In this document: in pieces, positions 26,136 through 40,221 of the stretch
Position numbering within the stretch: position 1 is the stretch's first letter
How the letters are laid out: the number at the start of each line of letters is the position of its first letter
Origin: Octopus vulgaris
Taxonomy: Eukaryota
Direction of reading: 5' to 3'
Assembly: GCA_951406725.2 (NCBI GenBank)
Contig: OX597816.1
Location: 77,810,001 to 77,874,000, forward strand
DNA length: 64,000 bases
Made by a program: the position numbers and the translations under genes
The notes under the pieces: model-generated
The model's database searches: none
Seen by the model: only the letters and a program-made list of their open reading frames with translations
What the model was told of the DNA's origin: nothing

Positions 26136-27437
26136 TTGAAGTGGCGCTGAAACACACGCTGAACTGCTGTGACAGATTCGTTATTCTTCACGTAACTGTC
26201 GTAGGCAAACACGCGATGCTCTGTCGTCCACAACACCATGGCTTCACCTGTAACGAAAACAAAATATTAAGACACCACGGAACAAATGGTACATTTTGGA
26301 CATATGTCCCTCCTCCTGGGGCTATGTCCCTGCAAGAGTAACCAAGTCTTGAGTATTCTTGCTGATTCGCTAAAACAATTCATCATCATCATTGTCGACG
26401 CCGTCGTCATCATCAATGCAATGCAACTCAACATCACTTCACACCTTGTGTTATTCTGCCAGGAGGACAAGAAAGAGAGTGTAAATGGAGTAAGGCTGAC
26501 CCCCTAGACATGACTTGTGAATTGTGTTAATCAGTGGAAACTGCAGATAGATTTGGAGGAAGCAATTGTATTCCTGTTCCTTGTGGTAATAACGAGGCAA
26601 CGTCCTACCCTTATACTATGGTGTCTCGACAGAAAATGTCCTGATTGTTAATCTGATGGTGCTTTGAGGGAGCAATATAGAGAGGCCAACTAAGGAGGAC
26701 TGTGTGAAATAAGAGAAAGCAGAGAATACTTAGATTCGGTTTCGAATCTAAGTTTGGAGAAAGAAGTGTTAATTTTCACAGTACTACAAAATTATAAAAA
26801 ATGCATTATAGTCGCACATTATGGACAATTGCATATAAATAGTCAGTTATACTTGTGTACTCTTAAAAATAATCCAGAGAGTTCTTTCACGGAGCTTTGC
26901 AGAATCCGAATAATTTTTTAGCATATCGATCAATTAATTTTAACATTTTAATATGTAAAATTATTGCAGTAATATTTTACGTTTATGTATATATTTTGCC
27001 TGATTCTTGATGTGAAATCCTGTGTTGAAACAAATGTTGTTAAATATTAGGGGAAGGTCATCTTTTGCCAATTAAGCACCTGCACTGTTTATTTGATCTT
27101 CACTTAAGTATTGTTATTATTTTTAGTTTGTTTGTCAGTTCTTTTGTCACATTTTTTGTGACCAATTCAGCGACTTTCTGTCCGACATGTCGCCTCTTGT
27201 CCTACCTAAATAATAGTATTAAAACAAAAGTAAAGATCAGATAAATAGTGCATGTGTTTAACTGGCAATAGATGACCATTCCTAATATAGCAATATTACA
27301 GCAAAACTTGGCAATAATTCTTCAAAGAAAGCAATTTTAATATCTGTTATAATTCGGTTAATTGTTGATTCGAGTAAGTATTGATTCAATCAGTTATTTT
27401 TTCAGCCTAGTATTTACGATCAACTGCCTACGATACC

Positions 27438-27514
<77 letters not shown>

Positions 27515-27606
27515 GCTAGCTAGCTAGCTAGCTAGCTAGCTAGCTAGCTATCTGTCTGTCTGTCTGTTTGTCTGCCTGCCTGTCTGTCTGTCTGTCTGTA
27601 TGTCTG

Positions 27607-27675
<69 letters not shown>
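27438..27675. repeat. Compound microsatellite
   Basis: (TCTA)n(GCTA)n(TCTG)n(TC)n(TA)n. Confidence 0.95.
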
Positions 27676-27678
<3 letters not shown>

Positions 27679-27711
27679 TATATACATATGTGTGTATATG
27701 TACGCACAGTA

Positions 27712-28815
27712 CGTCAAGCTTCAAGCATATAGTTTCCATCCGGATATTGTACGATGGGTTGGTGCCTTCCTCTCAGATCGCTCCTTCCAAGTCCAAGTTA
27801 ATGGTTCGCGGTCCGACGTCTCCAGTGCGAGCAGTGGCGTGCCTCAAGGTTCAGTGCTTGGGCCCTTGTTGTTCTTAGTCTTCATAAATGACTTGCCCGA
27901 CGACCTCACGCAACACACCCTTCTATTTGCCGACGATATCAAACTGGTCGCTCCTCGCGGTAATATAGAGGATCTTCGTCGATACCTCCACCAAATTTGG
28001 AAGTGGTCTAACAATTGGGACCTGTGTCTGAACGTGTCAAAGTGCTGTCATCTGCCTGTCGGCTCTACTCCTTGCAACTCAACTTGATTTCGAGCCGGGT
28101 CGTCTGCTGCTGGAGAGGACCGATCAGGTAAAGGACCTAGGTATCTTGGTGGATTCCTCCTTTTCGCCTTCGGCCCAGTGCGTCCATGCTGCCAACAAAG
28201 CACGCGGAATTCTGTTCTTGATTCGACGGTCATTCGGAATGCTCACAGCAGCCATATTCCTACCACTCTATGTCACGCTGGTGAGACCCATATTGGAGTA
28301 TGGGATTCAAGCCTTTTCTCCTTATCTCCTCAAAGACATACAGCATCTCGAAAGAGTCCAGAAGCTGGCTAACCGCATGGTTCATGGTCTCAAAAATTTG
28401 TCCTACGAAGAAAGGCTGAGGACGCTCGACCTTTATTCTCTTGAAAAACGCCGCCGCCGTGGTGATCTCATTCTCGCCCACAACATCATAAGCGGAAAGT
28501 GTAACCTCTCGAAAGAGCTGTTCTTCACTCCTGCTCCAGAGCGTCGGCTGCGGGGTCATTCCGAAAAGCTCTACCTGCGACGATTTCATCTCAATCGAAG
28601 GAGAGGAGCTTTCTCCGTCCGGGTTGCGGATCCGTGGAACAAGCTGCCAGACGAGATGGTGAAGATGCCGACGACCGCTTTGTTCAAAGCCTCCCTTGAC
28701 CTCAAGTGGCCTGAACTCTTTACATGAACACCACCCTGTACTTAACTCCATGTCCCCCTACATGGCCTTGCTATTTGCTTTTGAGCCAAATTAACTAACT
28801 AACTAATTAACTAAC
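27712..28815 (+). mobile_element. CR1-clade LINE, 5'-truncated, one frameshift
   Basis: SGVPQGSVLGPLLFLVFINDL, LFADDIKL, LVRPILEY, LERVQK, RRRRGDLI; (TAAC)n tail. Confidence 0.92.
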
Positions 28816-28904
28816 ATATTGATAAATGGATAGATGTATGAATGTTTATATACCTTCATATATGTGTGTGTGTATGCATATATATATATATATACACATA
28901 CATA

Positions 28905-29044
28905 CAGGGTGCGATGAGTAAATTGTCGCCATTTTATATAAGTTATTTTTATGTAAATTTTGGTAAATATATCTGTTAAAATGAGATATCAATGTAATTT
29001 TCATTTTTGCGTAGTTTAGATGACAATATATTCACCGCACCCTA
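28905..29044. mobile_element. Short Tc1/mariner-type MITE
   Basis: TA-CAGGGTGCGATGAGTAAATTGTCG / TGACAATATATTCACCGCACCCTA-TA. Confidence 0.7.
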
Positions 29045-29054
29045 TATGTATGTG

Positions 29055-29089
<35 letters not shown>

Positions 29090-29120
29090 GTATATATATA
29101 TATCGTTGGTATTTTGTTAA

Positions 29121-29155
<35 letters not shown>

Positions 29156-29379
29156 CGTTGTTATTTTGTTAAACTATCGTATGTCAAAATTTGGCCAAAT
29201 GTGTTTCTTTTTCAAAATATATTTTTGCTTGCAATAGCCGGTTCTTTTGGTCAAAATATCGTATCTCCAGCTGTTTAGTATAACACTTTTGCTATGGAAT
29301 GGTGAAAATACGTTTTCGATTTCTGAAACAACAACGTTTTGGACTTACGACACTTTTGCATAATAACAACTCTCTCTCA

Positions 29380-29428
<49 letters not shown>

Positions 29429-31640
29429 CATGTATGTATATATGTATGTATGTATTATGCATGTGCATATGTGAGAGAGACACACAGAGAAAGAAACAAG
29501 AAAGATTTTAAATGTTCATCGAAATTTTTTAATCGTCGAAATTATCAAAAAAGCGAAGACAAGAAGAAAATGGTTCTAGGCTGGAACTGTGGGATTGGCA
29601 GGAAGGAGAACAGAACTAATCAAACAACAAGAGCAACTACTAAATTTTTGACGTGGTTTCAACAGTATTTAAGTTGGCAATGTGGTTCATGATGAGATGT
29701 GTGTCTTCTTATGTATTTGTAAATAAAACCAGAACTGAACTGATGAAATCCGCTTGTAAGTTCAAAAGATGAGAAAATTGCAATGATAATAACTACATCA
29801 AAATTTGATCACACATCACGTCAAACGGATAAACCATTATTCATATTGTCATGTTAATTCAAGCATCATACAATTACATTTGATAACCGGATTAAACCAG
29901 CTAGAATTAAGAGATTTACTAATCCGTTTTTTTCTTCGAAGTGAACAACTTTCATGAAGTTTATCTGTTTCTCTTTCTGTTGTACTTTTGTCTTTTATTT
30001 GTTTATTTATGTAATTTTTTACTTTCATTTTGGTTGATTGCTTCGGTCTAGATCCCAAATTCAAAATGATGTGCAAGTGAACGTCTTGACGGGACAAATT
30101 TTCGCCTTAGCTACGGCTAAGTACGAGTAATCACTAACGTCGTTTGTCAGATTGAAGAAATGAGCTGAATACGTAAGTAAATCAAAGACAAATTATGAAA
30201 GAAGGAAGTATCATTATAATGCTAATTAAAAATAATTATCTCATTTAAAAAAGCGATGTTAGTAAATTACAAGTATTATTTTAATTAAATTCAGAAAGCA
30301 CAAGAGACTCCCTCATCGTTGCTTCGATGACACCATCATCGAAGCATAGACTTAATCATGATGCCGAAATAATGCTGAGAGAATCACTAAATAAATGTAC
30401 ACTGGATGAAGTCTGTGTTTCACTCATAAGATCTTCCATAATACGCAAGAAATATGAAATATATCCGGAGTTGTCTTTCATACTTATCAAAATAACTGAA
30501 ATGATTTTTTACATCGCTACATAATTATTTCTAATTAGCATTTAAGGCTTCTCGCGTTAAAGCTGTTAACGGTAACTTAAGACAAATATTGACTCTATAC
30601 TGGAGTTGAGGACGCCTTAATCGAACAACATCCCTAAATTTCTCCGCTTCAAATTCTTGTAATTCATACAGTGCTTGTGTTTTATAATTTAGCATGGTAT
30701 GTAAGATCATACCAATCTGAGCTTGCAAGAAGGTTTGAATTCTCAGATGTCATTTCATTTAAGTCGCAAAGGCTCCTGACTGCGGAACAACTGAAATAGC
30801 GGAGCACTTTTAGAATCTAGTTTACTCCGGACAGGAAAGCTCCGTTGTGTCCTTTTAATTCAGCTGAAAATGAATACCTGCTGCAGCTGCCTTTCCTCTC
30901 TCTCCGTTTGTCACATCTTGGCTGTTCCGTTGGGCAAACGATGGTAAAGAGGCTGAAAGTGTGCCTGTGTCTATTCGTGGCTACACAAACACTCCGAAAC
31001 AATTGGTGAAATCATGTTACATGTTGCAAAGTCATACACGCCTGAACTCAATTCTTTTTGAAGTCGACGTTTCCTTCATTCTCTTAAGTATTATAAGGCG
31101 TGTAACAGCGTCGATTAGTTCGACTATTTTTCAACCCAGACAGTTATAACATTAGTGAACTGTTATCGTCAACATTATAGTGTAACGGTGCACACACAAC
31201 AATGTGGTTAAGCAGTTCTATTCGGAACTAAATAATTTCAATACGATCCACTTCACGGCTCTTTATATTCCACCATATTAATAAAAGTATATTCTACCAA
31301 ATTAATAAAAACCTATTAGAAGGGAACAGTTTTTGCGTTGCAGCTTAATCCGTCACACTATTTTACAACCTCAACAACTTTCGGGTGTTTTTTTAGTAGA
31401 GTGCACTTGCGTCTGAGGATAAGTTCCTCCTTTTCTCAGACCAGTTTTGAATGTAATGTCATGAGAATTAACCTTTCGCCTATGTTAAAGCCATTAAAAG
31501 AACAGAGGACGATGGTTAATTCAATGTAATTATGTTCCCCATACGTATTGAGTATTGGTGTCTATTTTCCATCCTTCTGGAGTAGAAATAAAATGATTAC
31601 CACTTAAATATTGAGATTGATTTGTGCCACATTTAGACAC

Positions 31641-31729
<89 letters not shown>

Positions 31730-31966
31730 CATATATATATATACATATGTGTGTGTGTGTGTGTGTAAAGAGAAGGAGGGTGAGATCACACATACATACA
31801 TGCACACACATACATACACACACACATACACGCGTATGTATGTATGCATGCATGCATGTATGTATGTGTGTATGTATCTATGTATGTATGTATGTAAATG
31901 TATATGTATACACTCGCACAAACATGAGAGTCATAAATGTATATTTCTTCGCACACTCAAATGTCC

Positions 31967-31999
<33 letters not shown>

Positions 32000-32001
<2 letters not shown>

Positions 32002-34142
32002 TGAGAAAGTTGATGTGTGAAAGGACGTGGTTGAATATATAGAAAATAGTAAAATGTGAAAAAACTACAGAAGGCTTGTTTTAGAAGGTTAAAAAATATA
32101 TATTTGAGTCATTATGTCAGAAGAATGTTATAAATTTTTTTCATACAGTGACATAGTTTTTGAAGAAATTACCGGTTTCGTGTTAACTTTTAAAATTTCT
32201 CAAAGCATTGTGTTATGATTTCGTTATGAAGTGTAAAGAAGAGTTCCAGGTAAGGGGAGGTAATAAGTGATTTCTTCCGGTGTAAGGGAGATAATCGCTT
32301 TATATTTCTTGCCTTTTTTTACTTAATGGGGTGAGTTTCTCTGTATAAGAATGTTAGAGTGGTTAAGTTTGGGCTTATATTTTTCAATGAAGATTGTTTC
32401 ATTGTTTAGTCTAATTTGTGTTGGTGTTCTAATAGCACATTGATAAAATGGAAAGATTAAAAATTGTGGTAGTAGTTGCTTTGCGCATTTCTCAATATGC
32501 TCACTAAAGGGTATCATTCTGTATTCGGGGAATGCAATCTGTTGTCGATGCAGTGTGCATCTACGTCTGAGTGATAGTCCCGTGGACCCCACGTAGTTTT
32601 GGTGGCAGCCCGAGCATCTTATGACATAAATTATGTTTTCAGAGGCACAAGTAAAATTAGATTTGATCTTGAATTTTTTGTTCCACTTTGAAGAGGAATT
32701 CTGATCCTTCTAGAAGGTTTGGGCATGTTGCACAGTTTGGTCTACCACATTTTTTTTACTTTTGCATCCGTAATTTCAGAAAGCAATTTTGCCTTTGTGA
32801 GAATCTTTTTAAGTGATTTAGGTTGTTTGTAGCTTTTAATGATTTTATGTATGTTTAGAATGTCCTTTAATTTGGGGTCCTTATGAAGTATTGGTAAATT
32901 CTGGGTGATGATGGTGAAGGCTTCTTTGTTTCTGGGGTTGTATGTGGATATGTAAGGTAGTATTTTCGGGGAAGGTGTGTTGTTGTGTTGAACTTTTCTC
33001 AAAGTTTCTATGTCGATTTCTGTTGCACGTCTGATCCCATCCTCTATGAGTTGAGCTGGGTAGTGTCTGTCAATTAGGGTGTTTTTGAGTTCTTGTAGTC
33101 TAAAGTTCCTGGTATTTTGTTCTGATACTATTGTGCATATCCTTCTTGCAAGGTTGAAAGGGATGTTTGTTTTAGTGTGTCTTGGGTGGCATGAATCAAA
33201 AAGTAGGTATTGTTTGGCGTCTGTGGCTTTGTAAAAAATGTCTGTTTCTATTTTAAGGTTAATTTTTTAAAATTAGTATATCTAAGAATGGAAGCTCCTT
33301 TTGGTGTATTCCATTGTGAACTGTATATTTGGGTTGATGCTGTTCAATAGGTTTTTGAATTTTAGGAGTTTATCTGTGTTTTCATTCCAGAGTATAAAAC
33401 AATCGTCCAGGAATCGTTTCCAATTCTCTTTTATGTATTGAGAGAGGGGGTTTCCAAAGGTTGATAAAGATTCCTGGTAAATAATTATTTCCAGGTAGCC
33501 CATTGTTAGGTTCGCAATGAATGGTGCTGCTCTTGTACCCATAGCAATTCCGGATTTTTGACGGTAAAATGTATTGTCAAACATGAAGTGGTTATTATGT
33601 AGGATGAATTCAACCGATTTAGTAATGAATTCTTTACTGATCCTTTTTGGTATTTCTGTCGGAAATTGGTCCAGCCAGAACTGTATTGCCTCTAGTCCAT
33701 AATTATGAGGTATACTGGTATATAAATTAACTGCATCAAATGAAACCATGATTGTTTCTTCCTTGGCTTATTTTGGAAGGTGGTTTAACATATCCAAGTC
33801 ATCTCTGATATGGCTATCGATATGTTTAAGGAAGGGTTTCAGGAGGATGTCCATAAATAGACTTAATCTGTGTGTTTCACAGGTTGGGCCAGCTACAATG
33901 GGTCGTAGTTTTAGGTCCCCCGGGTTAGGTGTGTGTATGTATGTCTTTGGTGATTTTTTAATGGTTTCATTTATAATTTGGCTTTTATGAATTTTTGGCA
34001 GACCATAGAAGAGGCTAGGCTTGCATTTAAAGTTTGTTAGAAAGTCAATCTCTTTGGTTGTTAGTTCCTTTTCATGGGTTTTAATTAGTGAAGATAGAGT
34101 TTTCATTATTTTTTGCGGGGTGTAGTTGGTGATTTTTTTCAT
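32000..34142 (-). mobile_element. Penelope-like element (RT + GIY-YIG), frameshifted and 5'-truncated
   Basis: FYGLPKIHK, LRPIVA, VSFDAVNLYTSIP, GIAMG, RFLDD; IYVIRCSGCHQNYVGSTG; 3' end abuts (TA)n. Confidence 0.93.
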
Positions 34143-34260
34143 AATGCTGATTGTCATCAAGCAAGGAAATTACAAGATTTCTATAGTATGATGTATCCAT
34201 TATTACAACTGCACTCCCTTGTCTGCTTCCGAGTTAACTGTCTGTTAACTTTTTACTATT

Positions 34261-34352
<92 letters not shown>

Positions 34353-34741
34353 CTTCAGTTTTGTGGTTTTCTATAATATATGTACGTTACGTATGTTTGT
34401 ATATGTATAATCTGTATGTGTGTGTGTGTATATAAAAAGATTAAAAAGATGAAAACCGATTAAAACTATTCGTCATTTTTTCGATCTATGGAGAAATAGT
34501 TAAATTTGCTCTGTTTCTATCTCTCCTACGGATGTATATGTATATATAATATCATACCTTGATGCTGTGTCTACTGGGTTCATCGTTGACAGGCCCCTGA
34601 TATTAAATAAAGCTTTAAACACATACAGTATAGTATGAAAATTAGTAGCCTCAGATCTCTAGAGCTACCAGTTTTGATGTGTATATAAACAACATCAAAA
34701 AATACCTTAGGAATCAGAACCCAGGTTCAAAATTTCCCCAA

Positions 34742-34787
34742 GACACCTGATGAAGGCTGGAGGGTATATCAGCCGAAACGTTGGGTT
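34742..34787 (+). ncRNA. Minimal type I hammerhead ribozyme motif in a Penelope-type repeat
   Basis: GACAC-CUGAUGA-A-GGCUG..CAGCC-GAAACGUU-GGGUU; one helix I mismatch. Confidence 0.7.
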
Positions 34788-34944
34788 AACAACAAACAAG
34801 ATGAGGACAAATATACGTCAAATATAAATAATGTAAATAATGTACATAATTCCTCATCTCTTAAATATAGAACTGGATGTAGGAGGAGTTAGCTAACAAC
34901 TCCACAAACACACCCACAGACAGAATTTCCCACATATATAGTAG

Positions 34945-35268
34945 ATATATGAATCCCATGAATGACCATGGGATTGCACCTAGAAAGTTACCCTCTCGGG
35001 CACAAGTTCGAAAGGGGTTGTTTATGGAAGACCAGCAGTCGCCCATGCATACCAGACTCCCCTCTCTAAGCCACCCATGTTATTCAATGGAAAGGCAAAG
35101 GCCGATATAGCTTGGCAACAGTGACGTCGCAACTCATTTCTTCAGCTGAGGGAACTGGAGCAACATGAAATAAAGTGTCTTGCTCAAGGACACAACTAGT
35201 CCGGAAATTGAACTCACTACTAATGACTGTGAGCCAGGTGCTCTAATCACTGAGCCAAGCGCCTTCAC
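34945..35268 (-). mobile_element. tRNA-derived SINE (head B, tail Z)
   Basis: Reverse-complement match to 22822-23171. Confidence 0.85.
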
Positions 35269-35309
35269 TGTGATCCCGATGCTCAATTTACTGAACTATG
35301 CATAGATAC

Positions 35310-35340
<31 letters not shown>

Positions 35341-35341
35341 A

Positions 35342-35451
<110 letters not shown>

Positions 35452-35539
35452 ATATGTATGTATATATAGATGAGCGAAGTACTAAAATAAACTTTGGGAT
35501 GTATGGATAAATTATAACTAGTCACAGGCATGCGTTTAA

Positions 35540-35742
35540 CCCTTTTGTTAATAACCTGGCTGTAACCGGCTCTGGTTCTGAGTACAAATGTCTTGTTTTC
35601 ATAAGTTTGAATTTAAATCTTCCACCAAACCTATGTTACAGTTTATGTGCTTAACACTAGCTTATTTCTTAAATTCTTTGTTACATTCAAAGTAATTCAA
35701 AGAAATACAGAGCATCCCAAAATAAATACAGTAACGAAAGGG
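35540..35742. mobile_element. piggyBac-type MITE
   Basis: TTAA on both sides; TIRs CCCTTTTGTTA / TAACGAAAGGG. Confidence 0.8.
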
Positions 35743-36292
35743 TTAATCAATATGCATTTAGAGTCGCACTGTAACACTACAGGGTTCTCTTTGTATGCCG
35801 AATCTGTCTCGTGTTTTTCGTAAAATAAAGCTTATGAGTTATGCATTTTATGTATATAAACTGAATTTATAAGAAAACAATCCGTGACGTATTGTATATA
35901 TTAAGATAAATGTTACTGTTATTTTTTTATTGATTAAATATACACGTGACTCTAAAGTTATAGGGAACCAAAGTTCAGTGAAACTTCGTTGCAATTCAGT
36001 TCCTCTCATTCAATTACTGCACACCATTACATTCCAAAGTGCATCAACAAACAAAGCCACAGTTGTATTCACAGTTATAAGTATATCGATTGTTTTTCTA
36101 AATACATCAAGAAATGCATTTAAAATACACCAAAAGCTTAATTCCAATGAAGGTCTAGGATTTTGATACCTATACATACATACGTGTACACATATACACA
36201 TAAATGTGTGTGCGTGTGTGCGCGCGCGTGTGTGTATGCTTGTATGGAGACATATACATTCATGTATGTGTGTGTGTATGTATGTATGTATG

Positions 36293-36345
<53 letters not shown>

Positions 36346-36744
36346 ATATATATGCATGCGTGTGTGTGCATCTTTGTGTATGTGTTCCTCCATCCTCACC
36401 GCTTGAAACCAGTGTTAGTATGTTTATGTCCCCGTAATTTACCGGTTTAGAGAAGAGACCAATAGACTAAGTACCAAGCTTTTAAAGCAATGGGATCGAT
36501 TCGTTCGACTAAAATTCTTCAAGGCGGTGCCGTTTGTTTATGTAGTTTGATTATTTTATCCATAAGTTTCTACTAAGATAAAGACACGAGTAAAATTAAT
36601 AATAGAGAAATGAAAATAAAACTTTGGAAACAGCAACGCCACCATAACCTACGTGGAAACCATGAGCATGCTTTCAAGGGAGATAATCAGAGAAAGACTT
36701 GAAAATCAACGTAAGATCGTAGTACTTCATATAAAGTAAAGTAA

Positions 36745-36940
36745 ATATAAAAAATAATCCAGAATCCTTGTCCGGCACCAGATCGATCCCAAAATCTAAT
36801 CAGTTCGTGCCAGTCACGAGGCTAAACATCCCTGAAAGTTTCATCCGAATCCATTCAGCGGTTCTTGAGATATTCTTTCCACGGACAGACAAACAAACAA
36901 ACACGACTGAACAAAATACCCCCGCCTTCGCTAAGGCTGA

Positions 36941-36945
<5 letters not shown>
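36745..36945 (+). mobile_element. Helentron/HINE-like non-autonomous 3' end (tentative)
   Basis: (ACAG/ACAA)n followed by terminal stem-loop CCGCCTTCGCTAAGGCTGAGG-TAAT. Confidence 0.45.
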
Positions 36946-37014
<69 letters not shown>

Positions 37015-37040
37015 TAACAATAATAATAATAATAATAATA

Positions 37041-37529
37041 AATGCCCTGATGCAGTACCAGGCAGTGGCTCTCATGGTTTCTGATCTTAACTGATTAAAA
37101 GTGTTATCATGTACATTGTTTTGTCTGCTCAATACCATAGATTTGCTTGTCAGTTGTTTGACCGTTACCAGTTGACCATGTCCCTTAGTGGCTGACGATA
37201 TGTGCATCTCTGATCACGAGCAGAAGTAGTAGGGGAGCCATATGTTGAGAGGGATTCTTTGGGGTTTGGGTAATTCACCTTTGGAAACATGGGTGCTTTG
37301 TTCAACATCCTTAAACAACTCCTGTTCAGGGAACTTTTGAGCGGGATGGGTTACTCGACCTAAAGAAAAGTCATGCGCTGTTTATCTTGATATGAAATCA
37401 CCATGTCACGCACATATGGTTGTGATGCATGAGTCTGGTATACCCATATCAGACGAGTAGTCATGATAGGTATACTGGGCTTCGTATATTTTACTCCAGT
37501 GTCACTTTGATGGCACTGTTCTCTCACTC

Positions 37530-37530
<1 letters not shown>
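37041..37530 (+). mobile_element. ~550-bp (AAT)n-embedded non-coding retroelement, copy 1
   Basis: Four copies in the window; all end CTCTCA(C/T)TC(AAT)n. Confidence 0.8.
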
Positions 37531-37597
<67 letters not shown>

Positions 37598-37610
37598 TAA
37601 TAATAATGAT

Positions 37611-37823
37611 TTTAAATTTTGGCACTAGATCAGAAAGTTCAGTGGTGGGGGTAAAAGTTGATTACATCGACCCCATTACTCAACTGGTATTTATTTTATC
37701 AATCCCGAACGGACGAATGGCAAAGTTGACCTCGGCAGAATTTGAAATCAGAGCGTGAACACAGACGAAATACCGCTAAGTATTTTGCCTGCCACGTTAA
37801 TGATTTTGCTAGCTAGCCGCCTT
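37611..37823 (-). mobile_element. Dominant tRNA-derived SINE
   Basis: Similarity to other copies. Confidence 0.8.
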
Positions 37824-38014
37824 AAAAATGGAACTAGTAACTTTCATTATGGATTATCATTGAATCTTCACCTTTTGAACTGCTAATGGGCATCACCTAT
37901 AGCCTTGTTATTTCTTAGAACATGGAACTACAAAACACATATACTTCAACTCTCAGCAATTTGGAAAGAACAAATATCCTTGATTGAGGATATCCTTCAT
38001 TTCTATATTTTCTG

Positions 38015-38078
<64 letters not shown>

Positions 38079-38436
38079 CTCTTCGATTGGAATTCTTAGC
38101 TTATGGAATCCTTACTGAATATCATGATTCACATGCTTGGCTATTCTAGAAACAGCTGCAAGAGATTATCTTTTTAACCATAACTACTTCGCACCATGTT
38201 TATACCTTTTATATAGATTAAATGTTTTCCGAGTGATGCCAAATGTTTTACTTTTTCATTTTCTATTTTAATTTTCATACATATGGTCATATACATTTGT
38301 ATACAATACAAACATGTATATATATATGAATAAGTGTAAAATATACATATGTAACTGTGTGTAAACAATATATTGCACAAATACACACACAAGCACACAC
38401 GTATATATCTATTGTATGTACAGTATGCATTATATA

Positions 38437-38638
38437 ATCCTTTCTACTACAGGCACAAGGCCTGATATTTGGGGATGGAGGGGATAGTTGGTTACATCTA
38501 CCACAATGCTCAACTGGTACTGAAAGGATGAAAGCCAAAGTCGACCTCAGCGGAATTTGAACTTTAAACGTAAGGACGGACGAAATGGCGTTAAGCATTT
38601 TCTCCGGCATGTTAACGATTTTGACAGCTCACCGCCTT
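38437..38638 (-). mobile_element. Dominant tRNA-derived SINE
   Basis: Similarity to other copies. Confidence 0.8.
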
Positions 38639-38813
38639 ATTATGCATTATATATGTTTCAAATATAACATTTGATATATATATAGATGTATGTTATATGA
38701 AATGTAGTGGTAGTAGCAAAAGTTCGTATTATATATTTCGAAAACTTGTAATTAGTTATTTTCAGTTCGCTATTTGCTATCCCCCCCACACACACACATA
38801 CACACATACACAC

Positions 38814-38872
<59 letters not shown>

Positions 38873-38907
38873 TCTGTTAATTATATGTTTGTATGTGTAT
38901 GTGTATG

Positions 38908-38951
<44 letters not shown>

Positions 38952-40221
38952 TCCTGCATACGGCTATTTCGTCGGCTTATTGTTTGTTTCTAGCTCCTAA
39001 TAATGTAGGGGAAGAGACCATTATCATGTGTATTTAATCTTCTGTATGCTTCGAGTCTAAAAAGTAATCTTTAAAGTTATTTGTGGCATTTACAGATAAT
39101 CTTATTTTGGCCCGGAACAATTAGATACCATTTTGATTAGGTGTCATGTTCGTGTCACAATATGAGCGATATCACAGAGAATACAACAGATGGGATTTGT
39201 TTTTATTGTTTTTGTTTTCTTTTTGTTAATATCATTTTATCTATATCCTGAAGAAAGATATTTGTAAATAGTAATGATAACTAAAGCAAACATATTACAT
39301 ATGATTAGCAAGAAAAGCCTCAATCTCTTTGTGTGTATGTGATGTATTGGATAGTCTTAGTTTATAAAGCTGAAATAAAAGAGTTATGTGTATGACTGTA
39401 GGTTATGCGGGTAAACTGAAAGCTTGCTAATTTACTTATGATAGCATGATGGAGACGGGGTGTGAAATATTGGAAAAGATGTGGAGAGGTTTGGAATGAG
39501 GCTGCAGAAATACCTAAGTTTAGTAAGCGATATGAAAATAATTTCAGTGGTAATTTCTATTATGGACATAAAGTTTCAAATTTTGTATTGAGTGGGTGGG
39601 TGGGCGGATGTTACTGTTAGTTTAATCAAACTCAGTGTCAGGAATTTTTTAAACTTCGGAAGGAGACAAGTAAATTCACCCACATCGAGCTGACGTCCGA
39701 CCGATTTTATAGCCCAGCTCCCTAATAACCGTTTCTTATTTAAACACAAGGCTAGCAATGTGGAAGAAGGTGTTTAGTCGGCCAAACTGGCCCCCCTCCC
39801 CAGTACTCGACTGAGACTTTATTTTATCGACTCTGGAAGGATGAAAGCCAAGATTTTTTTGGTGAGACTTTCACTCAGAATGTAATTCTCTAATGATTTT
39901 TAGAATAGAAAACAATGTTGGACAGTTTTGGTGCATGATATAATCAATTGTGTATTACTGGTTCATTATTTTATCGACCCAAGAGGGATAAAAGGCAAAA
40001 CTGACCTCGGCGGAACTTGAACTCAGAATTTAGCTCTCTAATAAAAGTAATGATTTTTAAAATTGAAACAAAGCTGGTAATTTTGGAGGACAAACTATAG
40101 TGAATTGTGTATGACTGGTCCTTTATATTCTTTTCTATTCTAGGCACAAGGCCCGAAATTTGGGGGGATGGAGTCAGTCTATTAGATCGCAACTGGTACT
40201 TAATTTATCGACACCTATAAG

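Noticed and set aside
29700-31500. Non-repetitive-looking stretch as a gene or old transposon
   Set aside because: Only short ORFs with no recognisable motif; cannot be assigned without a search
32165-32205. Hammerhead in the Penelope 3' end (GAAACCGGUA)
   Set aside because: No CUGANGA core upstream; at best a relic
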